Shown here piece by piece: positions 1 to 14,355 of a stretch of 64,000 bases of DNA. Made by a program: the position numbers and the translations under genes. The notes below the pieces were generated by a model. It was given only the letters and a program-made list of their open reading frames with translations. It made no database searches and was not told the DNA's origin. Numbering within the stretch: position 1 is the stretch's first letter; each line of letters starts with the position of its first letter. The stretch lies in the NCBI RefSeq assembly GCF_018350175.1, contig NC_058368.1:157172001-157236000 (forward strand), in the 5' to 3' direction. This DNA comes from Felis catus (Eukaryota).

Positions 1-95
1 ATCAAGGGTCAAATGCTTAACTGACTGAGCCATCCAGATGCCCCTTAAATATACACTCCTTAAGGAAAGGCCCAAAGATAACCACCTACTGACTA

Positions 96-850
96 TGTTA
101 GCTAGGATGCAAGGCGGAGTTACTCAGATCAGAGGGCTGAAAGCTATCAGCAGAAGAGAGGAGGGGAAGGGACAAAATCAGGGATGGAATGTGTTTTGTT
201 TTGCAGAACCAGTGGTTCCTACCTACCCAGGAGTCTACTAGGTGTTTTACCTGACAGCCTATGGCATGAGCCAGTCTGAGCAGATATGGAGCTGCGGACC
301 TATACCAAAGCCCACCTGAGTGATCCTGAAGTTACCTTGAGCTCATTGTAATACTAAGATTTTTTCCTCGAATGGGATTTTCTGCCATTTTTTGAACATA
401 CAATGTGTGTACTAGCATGCTGATATACTGAGCATGCACACCGCGACCAAAGTGCCTAAGTAACAGCATATGGACTCATTATATTTGAAAATGAAGCATG
501 GGAGCTAGCAAAGTATGAAGGAAGGGGCAAGAAATCAGACTCGAGAAGGCTGCAAACCCTGTGAAGAAGTTTGGATGTTATCCTAAGGGCAGTCAGAAAC
601 CCATGAAAAGCTTTAAGTTGGGGAAGAGAATATGTGTACATTAAATTAATGTCTACACCAGCTCTCTGCCCTTGCCCAATACACTGAATAAACACTTTCT
701 GTACAAACCCCATGGGGAGACACCGCCTTGAAAGCTATCTCCCTGTCTCCTTACTGTGATAAGTAATAAAAGTTCTTTGCTTTCAACACTTCCTTGGGTT
801 GTGTTCAATTTAAAGCACCCCAAACAGTGAGACCCTTGAGTTTGGTTACA
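96..850 (+). mobile_element. Probable solitary ERV-class LTR, family uncertain
   Basis: Starts TGTTAG and ends ...GACCCTTGAGTTTGGTTACA (TG...CA termini), with AATAAA at ~688 and ~765; the 5' boundary is uncertain. Confidence 0.4.
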
Positions 851-889
851 GCTACACCTCATGTTACATGCTCTATGCTGTACACTTGC

Positions 890-1030
890 CTTCAGTTAGG
901 TTCCTAACAGCATCTTCATACTTTCTGTCTTGTAATGCTTTAATCCCCAAACCAATGAAGCCTGGACCACTTTTTGAATCCATTTCCACTAGTCTGCGAC
1001 AATACTGCTGTCCTTCATCAGTAAGATTGC
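890..1030 (-). CDS. SKIC3: SKIC3/TTC37 coding exon 8: (G)[46 protein letters not shown](G)
   Basis: Manual translation continues the recalled TTC37 protein; ttccag acceptor; phase matches the previous exon; donor is AAG|GCAAGT (GC type). Confidence 0.93.
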
Positions 1031-1071
1031 CTGGAATTAAAAGGGAAAAATGATTAGCATATGTACTCCAA

Positions 1072-1286
1072 ACTTTTTAAAAAAGTTTAATGTTTATTTA
1101 TTTTTGAGAGAGACACAGAGCCTGAGTTGGGGAGGGGCAGAGAGAGAGGGAGACACTGAATCCACAGCAGGCTCCAGGCTCCGAGCCATCAGCACAGAGC
1201 CTGACGTGCGGCTTAAACTCACAGACTGCGAGATCATGACCTGAGCCAAAGTGGGGTGCTTAACTGACTGAGCCACCCAGGGGCTC
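1072..1286 (-). mobile_element. Carnivore SINEC
   Basis: tRNA-like head, (CT)n tract and A-tail on the minus strand. Confidence 0.9.
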
Positions 1287-2659
1287 TAATACTTCAAATT
1301 TCTAATTGCCAAAGCATACATACTTAAATCTCAAATACCATTTTACATATCTTTCACCATATCAATTCCAGGAATTCAAAACTTAAATAGACCAACAAAC
1401 ACCAAAAATTTTAACATTTCATTAAAAACTTATGCTCCTCATCTTAAATTTTGGAAGTAGAAACCACTTTACCCACTGCAGTATGGGTAAACTGAACCTG
1501 TAGTCATACTCAAGGTTTCAAACAGAAACCTACCGCTACTTGCCATTAGGCTAAGACACACAGCCTCCTGCTTGCCAGCTCTCCTTTTGCTGTTCAGCAC
1601 TAACAATTTCAGTTGTTAAATGAAGGAATCCCTAAGGACAGTTTCTTCACCAGTCTCTCTCCCTGGGCAACCATGTGCTGCCAGGGTTGCCCTATCTGTG
1701 ACAGCCAGGATGCCCTATCTAGTGTTCTTCCAGAATCTGGGATTAAAAGACAGTCTTCTTGTCAAGACACTATACAAAAACTTAGTCACATTCTTCTTAA
1801 GTCTACAAGTCCAGTAGCACCTTTCTGCATTCTTTCAAAAATTTTATTTTCCTATATACATTAATGGTTAAGCTTATGTAACAATCATGTAATGCCTATA
1901 TTTATTTCAAATTTATTCTGGTAAAATAATTTAGTTTAGAAAATATTATTTATTTTGTTTTATTTCCATTTTCTCCAACCTCAATCTCTGGATTTCCATT
2001 CCCAGAAAAGCATAAAAACATGTGGAAAATGTGACTTCTGCTTGAGAATAAACTGTGCATAGTATTCACCACTTTGATAAATTGTTTAATCACACAGGAA
2101 AATTCTTAAAAACTAATTACAACAAACTACAACCTGAAGAATAAATATTAAACTAATTTATTTGAAACAATTAAATTAAACTAATTTATTTGAAAAAGCA
2201 GCCTGATGCTTTTTTTTGAAATCTATTTAAAACACATACCCCCCCACGTGGAGCCACCCTTTTCAGTCACAGATGTCAAAGATAAATTCTCTGCATATTA
2301 CCATTTAGGTTATCTGTTTCAAATTTTTCAAAACCAGATACATACCAATACATAATCCATGATATTATATATTGATTTAGCAGTCCAAGTTAGTAAAAAA
2401 ATTCATAACGGCTAAAGAATTAAAACTTCAGTACTGTTTGTGAGATATGAAAGCAAATTGGAATAAATACTACTTTTGTTAGCTTGTAAAAAAAGACCTG
2501 AGCCAGCTATTATTATGCTTCTAGATATGAATTTTCTTTTCCCAATGTGTTCTCACTATTGCTTCCATAAATGTTAATTTCCAAAAACAGACATGCCTCG
2601 TTCCATATACCCTATTCCTCTCAAGCACACCAGTGGGGTATTTTTTTCCCCTTTTCAAC

Positions 2660-3090
2660 CAGAGATATTGTCTAAACTGGACATCAGAATCACCCAAAAG
2701 ACTTGTTAAAACACAGAATGATGGGGCAATTGGGTGGCTCAGTCGGTTAAGCGTCCGACTTCAGCTCAGGTCACGATCTCGCGGTCCGTGAGTTCGAGCC
2801 CAGTGTCGGGCTCTGGGCTGATGGCTCAGAGCCTGGAGCCCCTTCCGATTCTGTGTCTCCCTCTCTCTCTGCCCCTCCCCTGTTCATGCTCTGTCTCTCT
2901 CTGTCTCAAAAATAAATAAACGTTAAAAAAAAATTAAAAAATAAAAAAAAATAAAACACAGAATGCTAAGCCCCACTGTCAAAGTTTCTGACTTCAGTAG
3001 GTCTATATTAGACCTGAAAGTTGGCATTTCTAAGTTCTCAGGTGATACTGATATTACTGGTTCAGAGACAATACTTTAAGAACCACCGGC
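2660..3090. mobile_element. MER5-like hAT-Charlie fossil interrupted by a SINEC
   Basis: catcagaatcacc...ttgttaaaacacaga and gcatttctaagttctcaggtgatactgat...tactttaagaaccac resemble MER5A. Confidence 0.65.
2722..2955 (+). mobile_element. Young felid-type SINEC
   Basis: CpG-rich body, A-tail, TSD aaaacacagaatg on both sides. Confidence 0.93.
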
Positions 3091-3406
3091 CTATAGAATT
3101 CATCAATACCATAGACCACCTTTATTATTAGTCATATATACACATATACATACATATGTACATATATCTCCTGTGTTTCTACATCTATAGCTAAACGGTA
3201 ACTTCTGGAGGGTAGGGACTAGCATAGTATCTTGTATACAATAGACATCCATTAAATATTGTAATGGTCCTTTAAGAACACCATTATGAACTGATCCTCC
3301 AAAAGACTTAGTCTGCTAATAAGTAATAGCTGAGAATTACTATGGAAAAATAAAAATGTTCACCCTTCTAGAAAAGAAAATAAAATAGCTATTAAAATTT
3401 TCCTTT

Positions 3407-3860
3407 AGGGGCACCTAGGTGGCTTAGATAAGCTTCCGACTTCTGCTCAGATCATGATCTCATGGTTGCTGAGTTCGAGTCCTGCATATGGCTCCGTACT
3501 GCCAGCGCAGAGAGCCTGCTTTGGGAGTCTCTGTCCCATTCTCTCTCTGTCCCTCCCCCATGCACACTCTTGCTCTCTCTCTCTCTCTCTTTCCTCCTCT
3601 CAAAAATAAACAAATATTTTTAAAAAATTTTTTACAGGGGCGCCTGGGTAGCTCAGTCAATTAATTGTCTGACTACAGTTGAGGTCATGATTTCACAGAT
3701 CATGAGCTCGAGCCCCCTGTCAGGCTCTGTGCTGACAGCGTGGAATCTGCTTAGGATTCTGTGTCTTCCTCTCTTTGTCTGCCCCTCCCATGCTCACACT
3801 CTCTCTCTGTCTGTCTCTGTCTCTCAAAAAATGCATAAAACATTTAAAAAAAAATAAATT
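3407..3860 (+). mobile_element. Two tandem SINEC copies (3407-3630 and 3637-3860)
   Basis: Two ggggcrcctr... heads, each with a CT tract and A-tail. Confidence 0.88.
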
Positions 3861-6800
3861 CTTAAATTTCTACCTATCTGAATCAAAACTCTCTTATTCC
3901 ATAGAAATGTAATTCGTGACAGACTACCTTGGCCACATAAACTGCCCTTATTACAGAAAACACACCTGTGATGGAAAGAAGAGAAGCCAACCATGCATCT
4001 TTCAAGATCATCCATAAGCACGGTACCTAAAAACTTACAAAGGTAAACAAAGTATGGGTAGGTAGATGAAAACAGTTTCTAAAAGGCTAAGATGAACAAG
4101 AGAAACTTTTAAAACAAGATAAACTTTCCTTAACATCTGGGAGCACAATTACAGAAATCAAGAGATTTGGATAGACTATGTTCTAGCCCTGGGAAACATA
4201 TTCTCTACATATGACAAAGAGGAATTTTCTCTAGTGTTCCCCCAAACCATCAACGGTAGTAACAACATCACTGATCCTATGTAGAAATGAGGGATATTCC
4301 AAAGCTTCAATCCTCACCCCTGTTCTCCATACTAACTCTTGTTGAGAATACTAGCTGAATAATAGGTGGAGACTAGAAACAGGAAATAAACTTGAATTCT
4401 TTTGAATAGAAAATCATTTATTTATCTGTTCTTTTTAACATTTAAAAGAGCCTAAGATTCCAGATTTAACAACCTGAAAACAAGTCTGACAATATTATTT
4501 TTATTTGCCAATAAAACAAGTTAGATTTGGGGCCAATGAATGCTAAATCTCCAAGAATAAAAGGTGTTCTGAAGAGGTTCAGGATAGATGCTCAGTAATA
4601 CCGATAAGAATTCCGTTTCCTAAAGTTTACCACCAAAACAACGGGATTTTTAAAAATAACTAATCAATTGCTGACATCACAAAGAAACTGATCACTACTA
4701 TAGAATTTCTCTTTTAAATAAACCTAGCTTGGGGAAAAAACAAAACAAAACAGCATGTACTCATTTTTTTATTTGCATACAGATTTTCTAATATTTCCAG
4801 AGCACACAATCTTGAGCTTTTTCATGTTTGGATTTGAAGAACCAAGCTTTCTTATCCTCCCCCATTTCAGCTATAAAGCAAAATAAAATAAATTGGGGTC
4901 ATTTAGCACAAAATAACATTTTACCAGCTGACAACCGTAAAAGCTATTCACTACTTGTTATGTGAAGCTTTATAAACTGAGTCATTTTGAAAATGAATCT
5001 TCAAGTCTCAACATGCAAAGGAGGACAAAAGAGAACCAAATATTATTTGTCCCCAGTGTAAGAGAACCCAGTGATTAACTGCTGTGAAGTACCACATTCT
5101 GCAGATACTAAAGCACACTGGAGGAGGATAGGTCAGTCTTGAAAGACCTTACAGATTTCCACAAGTTCTTAATACACAGAAAGTTTGGTTTAGAGAAGCA
5201 ATGAAAAGAAAACAAGAAATCTTTAACCACAGCTCCCTACTGTCCTGCATTAACTGTCAAAGTTCTAGGCCAAGAATGATGCTTTACCTTAGAATGTACC
5301 TAAGCCTGAACCACTCCATCCCACAAATTCTTACAGCCAAAGATCCCACAAAGAAAAAACTCTTCCTTGATGTACCATATGTGTGAATATCCACCTACCC
5401 ACTCCCCTTTACCAGGATATAAACCTCTCTTTCTTTCAGTTCTAGAAAATACCCTCACCAAGGATGATTTTTTTTCACGTAAACCAACACACTCTCTAAT
5501 CATTTAGCATAACCCACTTGCTCTCTCTTTACTAGAATGCTTTGTCAAATACTGAATTTACATGCAAAACTGCAGACTTTGTTGATCTAATTTCTTCTAT
5601 AATTTTGTAATCTTTTGGAAATACAGGGGCCATGTTTATTCAACAAATCTACATTATAGGCATACATGTGCTTATTGAGAAAGCTTTTAATCAGTCTTCA
5701 AAAAGAAATTTCAAGTATTGTCTTGTGCCATTTGGCCCATGAGCAGGTCAAGAATAAGGGAATAGTAAAAACCATTAATAGCTGAAAGAAAATAGAGAGA
5801 AAAGGGTGAACAATAGCCATTACTTTCTCAATAGCAATTGTAAGAGTAGAAAAAGGGGTGGAGGGATGGGTACCAGAGGCCAACTACAAAAATCAGCCCA
5901 TTTATCTTGAGAACCTATTGGGTCTCATGTTAAAATCTGAAGAAACTAGGTGAATTTTGGAACTATGTTTCCTGTCAGTGGAAAAAGAAAACCCACAAAA
6001 ATTCACAAGTATGCTCCTCATACTGAAAGTCTCTTATTATGCCTCATCTTCCTTGACCTCAATACAAATTAACAATGTTAACTAGCCCTTTGTTCTTGAA
6101 ACTCTCCTCGAAGGCAACACGACTATAATTCTCCTACTCCTCTAAAAGTTTACCATCCCCTTTGTATCCTTCCTCCTCCTTTCCCTTAAACACAATCGGT
6201 CAAATCCCTAGATTGCTTCTTTTAATATCTGCTAACCACTTCTTTGGACTCTTTTCCCATCACTGAAATCTAAGTTCCAATTCAATCACCTTGGTTAGAA
6301 AGAATACCCCTAAATAAAGGCCTCCCAATCATAAAATTAGCTGTTCAATATGTCAATGAAGATCTTTCTGAAATGTTCTTTCCTTGAGCCTTCTCTGTTA
6401 CTTCACATCAGTTTCCTCCATGTTCCTGTGAGATTTCTCTGCATCTCTGTTTTCTACTTTCCTCTTTGCTTTCTTCCTCCCTTTCCCTTTAAGCCATCCA
6501 GCACCACCCGAGACAGTTTTCAGCTTTTTGTACTTTAGTCATCCTCTGAAGTCACACACTTCACTTTAACCAACATGCAAGTGATCTCTAAACCTTATGT
6601 CTAGTCTTAGTACAGATCTCTCATCTGCAAGCCAGATGGACATTTCCCTTTGTCCACTAACATCTTCTCTCCACCACTCAACTTTCTTACAGATGATCAT
6701 TCTATATTACACCAACTTTTCAAGAGAGCTAAAAGTAAAATTATATTCTTCCTCCATTTACCTCTAACAAATCTCTTCTATTTATTTTTATTCAGGTGTT

Positions 6801-7035
6801 ACTTTCTATTGTTACAGTAGAACATATTCACATATGTTCACAGTTCATTCATTCCCAAGATCATTTAGTCTACCCAATCTAGTCTATCTTCTATACAATC
6901 TATCCTGCATACTACCGTATTAGTTTGATTTTATACTTCATAAGTTGACTGACTGAAACAATTAGTTCTTCTCTCACATTAGTGAAAAGTGCTCTTGCAA
7001 GTCTGCTGGTAAGTCAGTTAAAGAAAAGGGGATCT

Positions 7036-7283
7036 GGGGCTCCTGGGTGGCGCAGTCGGTTAAGCGTCCGACTTCAGCCAGGTCACGATCTCGCGGTCCC
7101 TGAGTTCGAGCCCCGCATCAGGCTCTGGGCTGATGGCTCGGAGCCTGGAGCCTGTTTCCGATTCTGTGTCTCCCTCTCTCTCTGCCCCTCCCCCGTTCAT
7201 GCTCTGTCTCTCTCTGTCCCAAAAATAAATAAACGTTGAAAAAAAAAATTAAAAAAAAAAAGAAAAAATGAAAAAAAAAGAAA
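7036..7283 (+). mobile_element. Young felid-type SINEC
   Basis: CpG-intact body, long A-tail, TSD aaagaaaaggggatct. Confidence 0.93.
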
Positions 7284-8385
7284 AGGGGATCTGCTTAATT
7301 CTCACCAAAAAAATATAAGACTGAAGGTAACAGTTCTGAATTTAAATTCAGACACCAGCCAGGAAAAAGTACAAGTAGAACTAGAAGGGAAACTTAAAGC
7401 AGAGAGCCAAGATAGATGCAATGATATTTTTCCAACAGGCATTTTCCCTTGGTTCCTCTAGCCCTAGTTTTCAACAATTTTTCTATAATGAAACATGTGA
7501 TGTTTATTCATACATAAAGCATTCCCACAGGTCTACTCATTTAGCAACAAAGTAAAAACAATTAGTAAAGCTCTGCAATAATTTATAATCACTAACACAA
7601 ATTACTTCCATTTCAGTGACTAATTTCTATGAACTTTGTTCACATCAGTTGAATACAGGCATGGACAAAAGTGATGGTCAAATTATATGAAAAACAATCT
7701 ATTTAGCACAGATACTGACAGAAAGGACGGAGACTGGTGTGAAAACCAATTGGGTCAACCTCCTGTAAACAGACTGAACACCAGCCCTGGGCACAAGATG
7801 TCGGCAGACACAGGTTCTGACAACTCCTAGCAAGCTGGTGTCATCAGTTCTCTCTCCTCTCCCCAGGAAAGGAGAGGCATACGTTAAGACATAATCTCTG
7901 ATTTGAATCTACTCTATTTCATTAAAAAAGGAGATCATTTATAAGCTCCATTACTTTATAGTATTACAGCATGTGTAACTATGTACCTGTGACACTGCAA
8001 CATAACATCAACACTGAGAATGTGCATGGTTCACAAAACCCTTTGCGTGACATTCATAGCCCTATGCAATATGGTCTAACCTATTCAACCAAAATCTATC
8101 TTAAGTTATTCCTTCCAGTAGAGCAAGTGAAACTATCTTACTATTCCGAAAAATTACAACCTAGCTCTCTCCATGCTTCTGTTCATGCCCTCAGAGCTCC
8201 TTTTACCTCCTCCAGTTTTTCTAATTTGTATGGAAAATTTAAGACTCTCCTCAATTCCCACCTTCCAAAAGACTTCAATGATCTACAATGAACTCAGGAA
8301 TTCATAATTCCTCTGTGTCACTATACTTTCCTACATTTATTAGCCTCTTCATGTGCGTAAAGGCAACATACTGTACTTCCTTTTA

Positions 8386-8622
<237 letters not shown>

Positions 8623-8730
8623 CTAGAAAATATCAAAGTAAAATAAACTAAGTAATAGTAAAATATACTTGTGAACACTTTCCTAATTAGAATATAAACA
8701 TCACATCAGAGATTTTTAAAATCAACTTAC

Positions 8731-8829
8731 TTTGGATAAACACTGAATGAAATGTCTATAAAGTACTTGGTGATCTTCACTAGGAATATTTTCTGATAAG
8801 CCCAGTGCATTCTCAAAAGCAGTTAAAAG
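8731..8829 (-). CDS. SKIC3: SKIC3/TTC37 coding exon 6: [33 protein letters not shown]
   Basis: 99 nt; gtttcag acceptor; AAA|GTAAGT donor; in frame with neighbouring exons. Confidence 0.95.
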
Positions 8830-8969
8830 CTGAAACAAACAAAAAACGTATCATCTGTAGCATATTGAAATGACAAATGTAGTAAACAGTTGAACATGTA
8901 AGACTCACTTATACAAGATACAACTTCAACTAATTGCAAATGTATTTTATTATCTGGCCTTGGCAATTT

Positions 8970-9500
8970 CATGAAGAAAAAAAAAATGGCACGTCGGTTT
9001 TTGAATACAGTTTAACCCCAACTGGCCAGGAGATTGCACTGAACTAATGAGGGTAACTATATAAATCAGCATTATGAATTTAACAAAACATTCTTGTAAG
9101 TGCTTGCTATTCCCTATAAAGTAGTCAGCTGGAGAGGTATAATCATGAATAGCAGTGTAACTGCTACTGCTCAGATCATTTTTAAAATATCTCTACCAAA
9201 ATCACCAGCATGTCCTTTGGAACATCTTCAATGGTAGGAAATCTTCAGTCTTAAAAAACAAATTTTATGAAGTTATGCTTTTATCAAAATAAAACCAGAA
9301 ATATGACTGAACTATAATAAAATCACTTTTTATCCGGTATTACTAAGTGATTTTGAAGAAAATACCAAAAGGAGCTTTCTAAATGTATTTGAGCAAGAAT
9401 AGCAATACTAGAACCCAAATCAAGCATTTTAAAGGATACTATTCAATTAATTACAGAAGTTCTACCATTTTTAAAAATGAATCTCCATGACTTCATAATG
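8970..9500. mobile_element. Ancient mariner-derived (MARNA-like) fossil
   Basis: ggagctttctaaatgtatttgagcaa...ttttaaaggatac resembles the MARNA 3' part; recognition only. Confidence 0.35.
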
Positions 9501-9959
9501 AAAACTCATAATACAGTTCACTACTCCAATTTTCTTTGTACAGTATGGTATAAAGTCTGCATAAATAAGTAAAATTTTACTGTTCCGATTAAGTTAATGA
9601 TCTTGCAAAAAAGGAAGCCTAACTTATGGTGTTTAGCACAAGGGGTTTAAAAAAATAGTAATGAAATTATCATCTGGAAAACAAGTGATGCCTTTTTTCA
9701 TGAACACATTTAAATAAAATGAAATTATCATTACAATTCAAGGTGAAAATAACCCCACCGCCAAAATCCTCTTTTCATATTTTAACAGTTAAGAATCAAG
9801 TCTTAACATGGCAAGTATAATTAGTTCTCTTTCATAGAGGAGAACACAGATAATTCAAAAAAAATTTTTTTTTTACTTATTTTGGTATATGTTTGATATT
9901 CTGGTAACCTATACTTACATGATGTCATAATATAAAGATATCATTTAAGAGAAGTTGGC

Positions 9960-10180
9960 AGGGTGCCTGGGTGCTCAGTCGGTTAAGCATCTGGCTTCGG
10001 GTCAGGTTGTGATCTCCCAGTGGTGGATTCGAGCCCCACATCAGGCTCTGTGCTGACAGCTTGGAGCCTGGAGCCTGCTTAGGATTCTCTGTCTCCCTCA
10101 CTCTCTGCCCCTCCCCCACTCACGCTCTGTCTCTGTCTCTCTCTCTCTCAAAATAAATAAACATTAAAAAAAAAAAAAGA
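9960..10180 (+). mobile_element. SINEC
   Basis: Typical body; TSD agagaagttggca. Confidence 0.9.
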
Positions 10181-10444
10181 GAGAGAAGTTGGCAAACCAC
10201 TTAATTTTGTCACTGCTCAATTTTTTCCACAACTAAATCTATACACAGATAAACCAACACACAGACAAATGCAAATCTTATTTTTGTTATTTTTATCTCC
10301 AGCATTTAGGACACTGCCTGACAAATATAGTAGGTTCTTAATAAGTATTTTCTGAATAAAGGAATAAATTAATGAGTGAACAAATGAACAAACATACAAA
10401 AAAAAATGAACTTCCCATCCTTTACAGTGTATAACTGCTTATAT

Positions 10445-10915
10445 ATTTTTTAAAATTTTTTTTTTTACATTTATTTATTTTTGAGAGACAGAGAGAAACA
10501 GGGTGAGCAGGGGAGGGGCAGAGAGAGAGGGAGACACAGAATCAGAAGCAGGCTCCAGGCTCCGAGCTGTCAGCTCAGAGCCTGATGTGGGGCTCGAACC
10601 CACAAACCGTGAGATCATGACCTGAGCCAAGGTCGGATGCTTAACTGACTGAGCCACCCAGGCGCCCCTATAACTGCTTATATTTAAAAAGTCAATTCGG
10701 GTGCCTGGGTGGCTCATTCGGTTGAGCATCCAACTTGGGTTCAGGTCATGATCTCACAGTCTGTGGGTTCGAGCCCCACATGGGGCTCTGAGCTGACAGC
10801 TCAAAGCCTAGAGCCTGCTTTGGATTCTGTGTCTCCCTCTCTCTCTGCCCCTTCCCCACTGTGCCCGCTCTCTCTCAAAAATAAACTTTTAAAAAATTAA
10901 AATAAATAAATAAAT
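10445..10915. mobile_element. Inverted pair of SINECs (10445-10668 minus, 10699-10915 plus)
   Basis: Head-to-head copies about 30 bp apart; the first has TSD tataactgcttatat. Confidence 0.9.
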
Positions 10916-11575
10916 AGTCCATTCAAGTTACAAGTGTACAGTGAGTGATTATTTATTATAAGAAATTAAGTTTACTTTTAAACTTAGAAGTATAAAAAAA
11001 TAGAATAAGACATTTTCCAACTACAGTTCAAAATCAATGAATTGTTTTCATCTTTTTAAAAATTCTTTTCAATTACTTCACTGTGCCCTACACTGTACAC
11101 CAAAAAGGAATATTTCTAGATATAAGTACCCTAAATAAATACCATAAACAAAATACTCGAGTTGCTAAACCTCAAAATAATTCAGTACTCTTATTTAAAC
11201 TGTATTCACTATATAAAGAAACATATCTTTAAGTAAGTACAACTTTAGAAATTACCGTAGTTTTGTGAAAGCCAAGCTCATAGTTTCTTTTTCACAGTGA
11301 TGGCATAACTGATTTATTGTGGATTCTTATGAACACAAGGAAGGAAATTATGATACCCTAAGTACCAATTCCACTCTGTCCGGACTTAGTATGAGACTGC
11401 AGGCCAATAATTCTGACAGTGTCAGCAAGAACTTCTATCAATTTAAAACTGAACTCTTATAACAATTTTGACATACGGCACTTTTCTATATTACACTATT
11501 ATGTTTCCATTTGCTAAATTCAATTCAATGATCAATTTCCATGACACAAACTGTAGAGAATAAATGGGTTAATAC

Positions 11576-11716
11576 CAATTGCTGGGTCTCATTATTCTGA
11601 TCCTCAGTACTCTCCGCCAGCAACTGAGTCAATCTCCTCCACAGCTGATGAAGCTCTTGGTTGTCTGCACCCTCCTCCTGCCGTGTCTTTATCAATTTGT
11701 GCCATGTTCGGGCCAC
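11576..11716 (-). CDS. SKIC3: SKIC3/TTC37 coding exon 5: [47 protein letters not shown]
   Basis: 141 nt; cttcatag acceptor; TTG|GTATTA donor; overlaps ORF 11525-11716. Confidence 0.95.
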
Positions 11717-12189
11717 CTATGAAGAGGGAGATTTAAATCATTATTTTATCTTAAATATCAAAAACGCCAGTGCAAAAAATATAAAATCTACAAATAGCAA
11801 TATTTTCATCTGCTAATACATAAAACAGCAAAAGCCCAGAACTCCATTTACTCTGAATTCTACAAAAAAGGTGACTAGGTAAATCCACACAGCCCTTGCT
11901 TTAGAAGTACGACTGAGATACCAGAGTAGAAACTGGAATAAGACTACACGCCCCAAACTTCCTAACTTAGAGCATCCACTATGGGTGCACTACAAACACG
12001 TCACTAAATTCTACAGATGATGCCTTTGTTTATTTATTTATTCCTGCCTAGTTTCAAAAGGGTTTGGAAGTTATGACAACTAAAATTTCAAAGTTCCAAA
12101 ATACTGTAATTGGTATTATCTCTCTATATTCTTTTAATATCATACTACATAGTAATTTTTTTAAATTTCTCTCAAGCTAAAATCAAAGT

Positions 12190-12395
12190 TTTCTTTTTTT
12201 TTAATGTTTATTTATTTATTTTGAGAGAGAGACAGAGAGAGAGTGCGCACTCACAAGTGGGGGAGGGGCAGAGAGAGAGGGAGAGAATACCGAGCAGAGC
12301 CCGATGCATGGGGCTCAATTTCACAAACTAGTGAGATCATGACCTGAGCTGAAATCAAGAGTTGGACCTTTAACCAATGAGCCACTCAGGCACCC
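12190..12395 (-). mobile_element. SINEC
   Basis: T-tract, (GA)n and reverse-complement SINEC body. Confidence 0.85.
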
Positions 12396-12453
12396 TGAAA
12401 GCTTTTTTTAAATAATAGTTTCATTAAAAGAAGTCTACCAGTCCAGCAAATCA

Positions 12454-12576
<123 letters not shown>

Positions 12577-12984
12577 TTATTGAAAACAACCAAGGACTTG
12601 AGATACTAAAATTAATAAATCCCAGTAATACATTCAGGCATAATTTTAAATTAGAACATATCTTCTTTAAATTAGAACATATCCTCTTTCATACCACAAG
12701 AAAATTTTATAAAATGAGCCTCCTATTAAAAAATAAAAGGTTTAAGAAATAATATCTTCCATGGTCTTAACTGAAAATTATATCAAAGTTCCCAGATTAA
12801 TCAGTCCTCTTATTAATCGTGTTTTGATTCTGTTTCAGTCACAATCAAGGAATTCTATAACCAAAGTATGAAAGAAAAATGCTTCTCAATTCCCAGTAAA
12901 TGTCTGGAGTACTTCTATATAAGTTTTTATCAGTTTATTCCAATTAAAACTTTAAAGACACTGCCTTTCCCCATACAGTGATTA

Positions 12985-13077
<93 letters not shown>

Positions 13078-14079
13078 CTAAAATAGGAAACAATAGAGAT
13101 TATTCTTCCAAAAAGTACAACATTCTCACATTCATTTTGCTAAACAAAGTGACAATCTATAAAGATTATTTGTAATTAAAAAAATATAATTTACAAATAA
13201 ACAATATGTCTGGGATTTGCCTCCAAATAATTAAGGGTGAGGGAAAATAGATGAAAGTATAGATGAAAAAATACTGAAATGTGTGGATTTTTAATGAAGC
13301 TAGGTGATAGCCAGAGGGGCTCATTATACCATTCTCTTTACTTCCGAAAATACATCTGAAGTGTTTTACAACAAAAAATATGTCTGAATGATTATATAAT
13401 CTTAACTCTTAAGACATTACCAGATGACCCTACTTTTATATGGCCAAATAAAAAAAAACCCAAGAGTTTTGTGGAGACTGTAATTTTTGCTTCAATTAAA
13501 GATCACATATCCTAAATCAATCAATACATAATAAAAGCAGGCATCTCCGTAAGTGTGTCACCAGATACCCCCACTCATGTTCTTGTTCACATAACATGAG
13601 GCAAACAGGCTCATGTTCTCCTACTACCTACTAGAAATCACAGTTTCTAAGATGTGGTTAGATAGGAAACAAAGTTATTAAATATGAAGAAGTTGGAGAA
13701 GCCAACAGAAAACATGAAGACCATTAAATAAGAAAAAAGAATTTCACTTGTATTCAAAACAGACTGCACATTTTTTATACTTTACTTTTAGAAAACATAT
13801 TAATATACATGTTTCCCTCAAGCATAAAGAATATTCTTGATAAGTCTTTCATATACACACATAATTAAGTTAGAGATTTACATAATCATATTTCAATTCT
13901 AATCCTCACATTTAGAAATAATCCATTGGCTTGGCTGTTAAATAATGGAAAACAGCTTCACTGGCATCTTTTTTTTTTTTTTTTAACTAACTTGCTGGTT
14001 TAGAAAACCAATACATTTAAATTTTTTTTCTTCTGAGGTTAAATAAAGGTTTAAATGCCTAGTTTAAAGCTGTTACCTA

Positions 14080-14355
<276 letters not shown>

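Noticed and set aside
2147..2195. Short tandem duplications: attaaactaatttatttgaaa x2 here, 21-bp units at 12645-12688, and cagggtctctgggatc x2 at 47174-47218
   Set aside because: Two-copy intronic slippage events with no spacer structure or other sign of function
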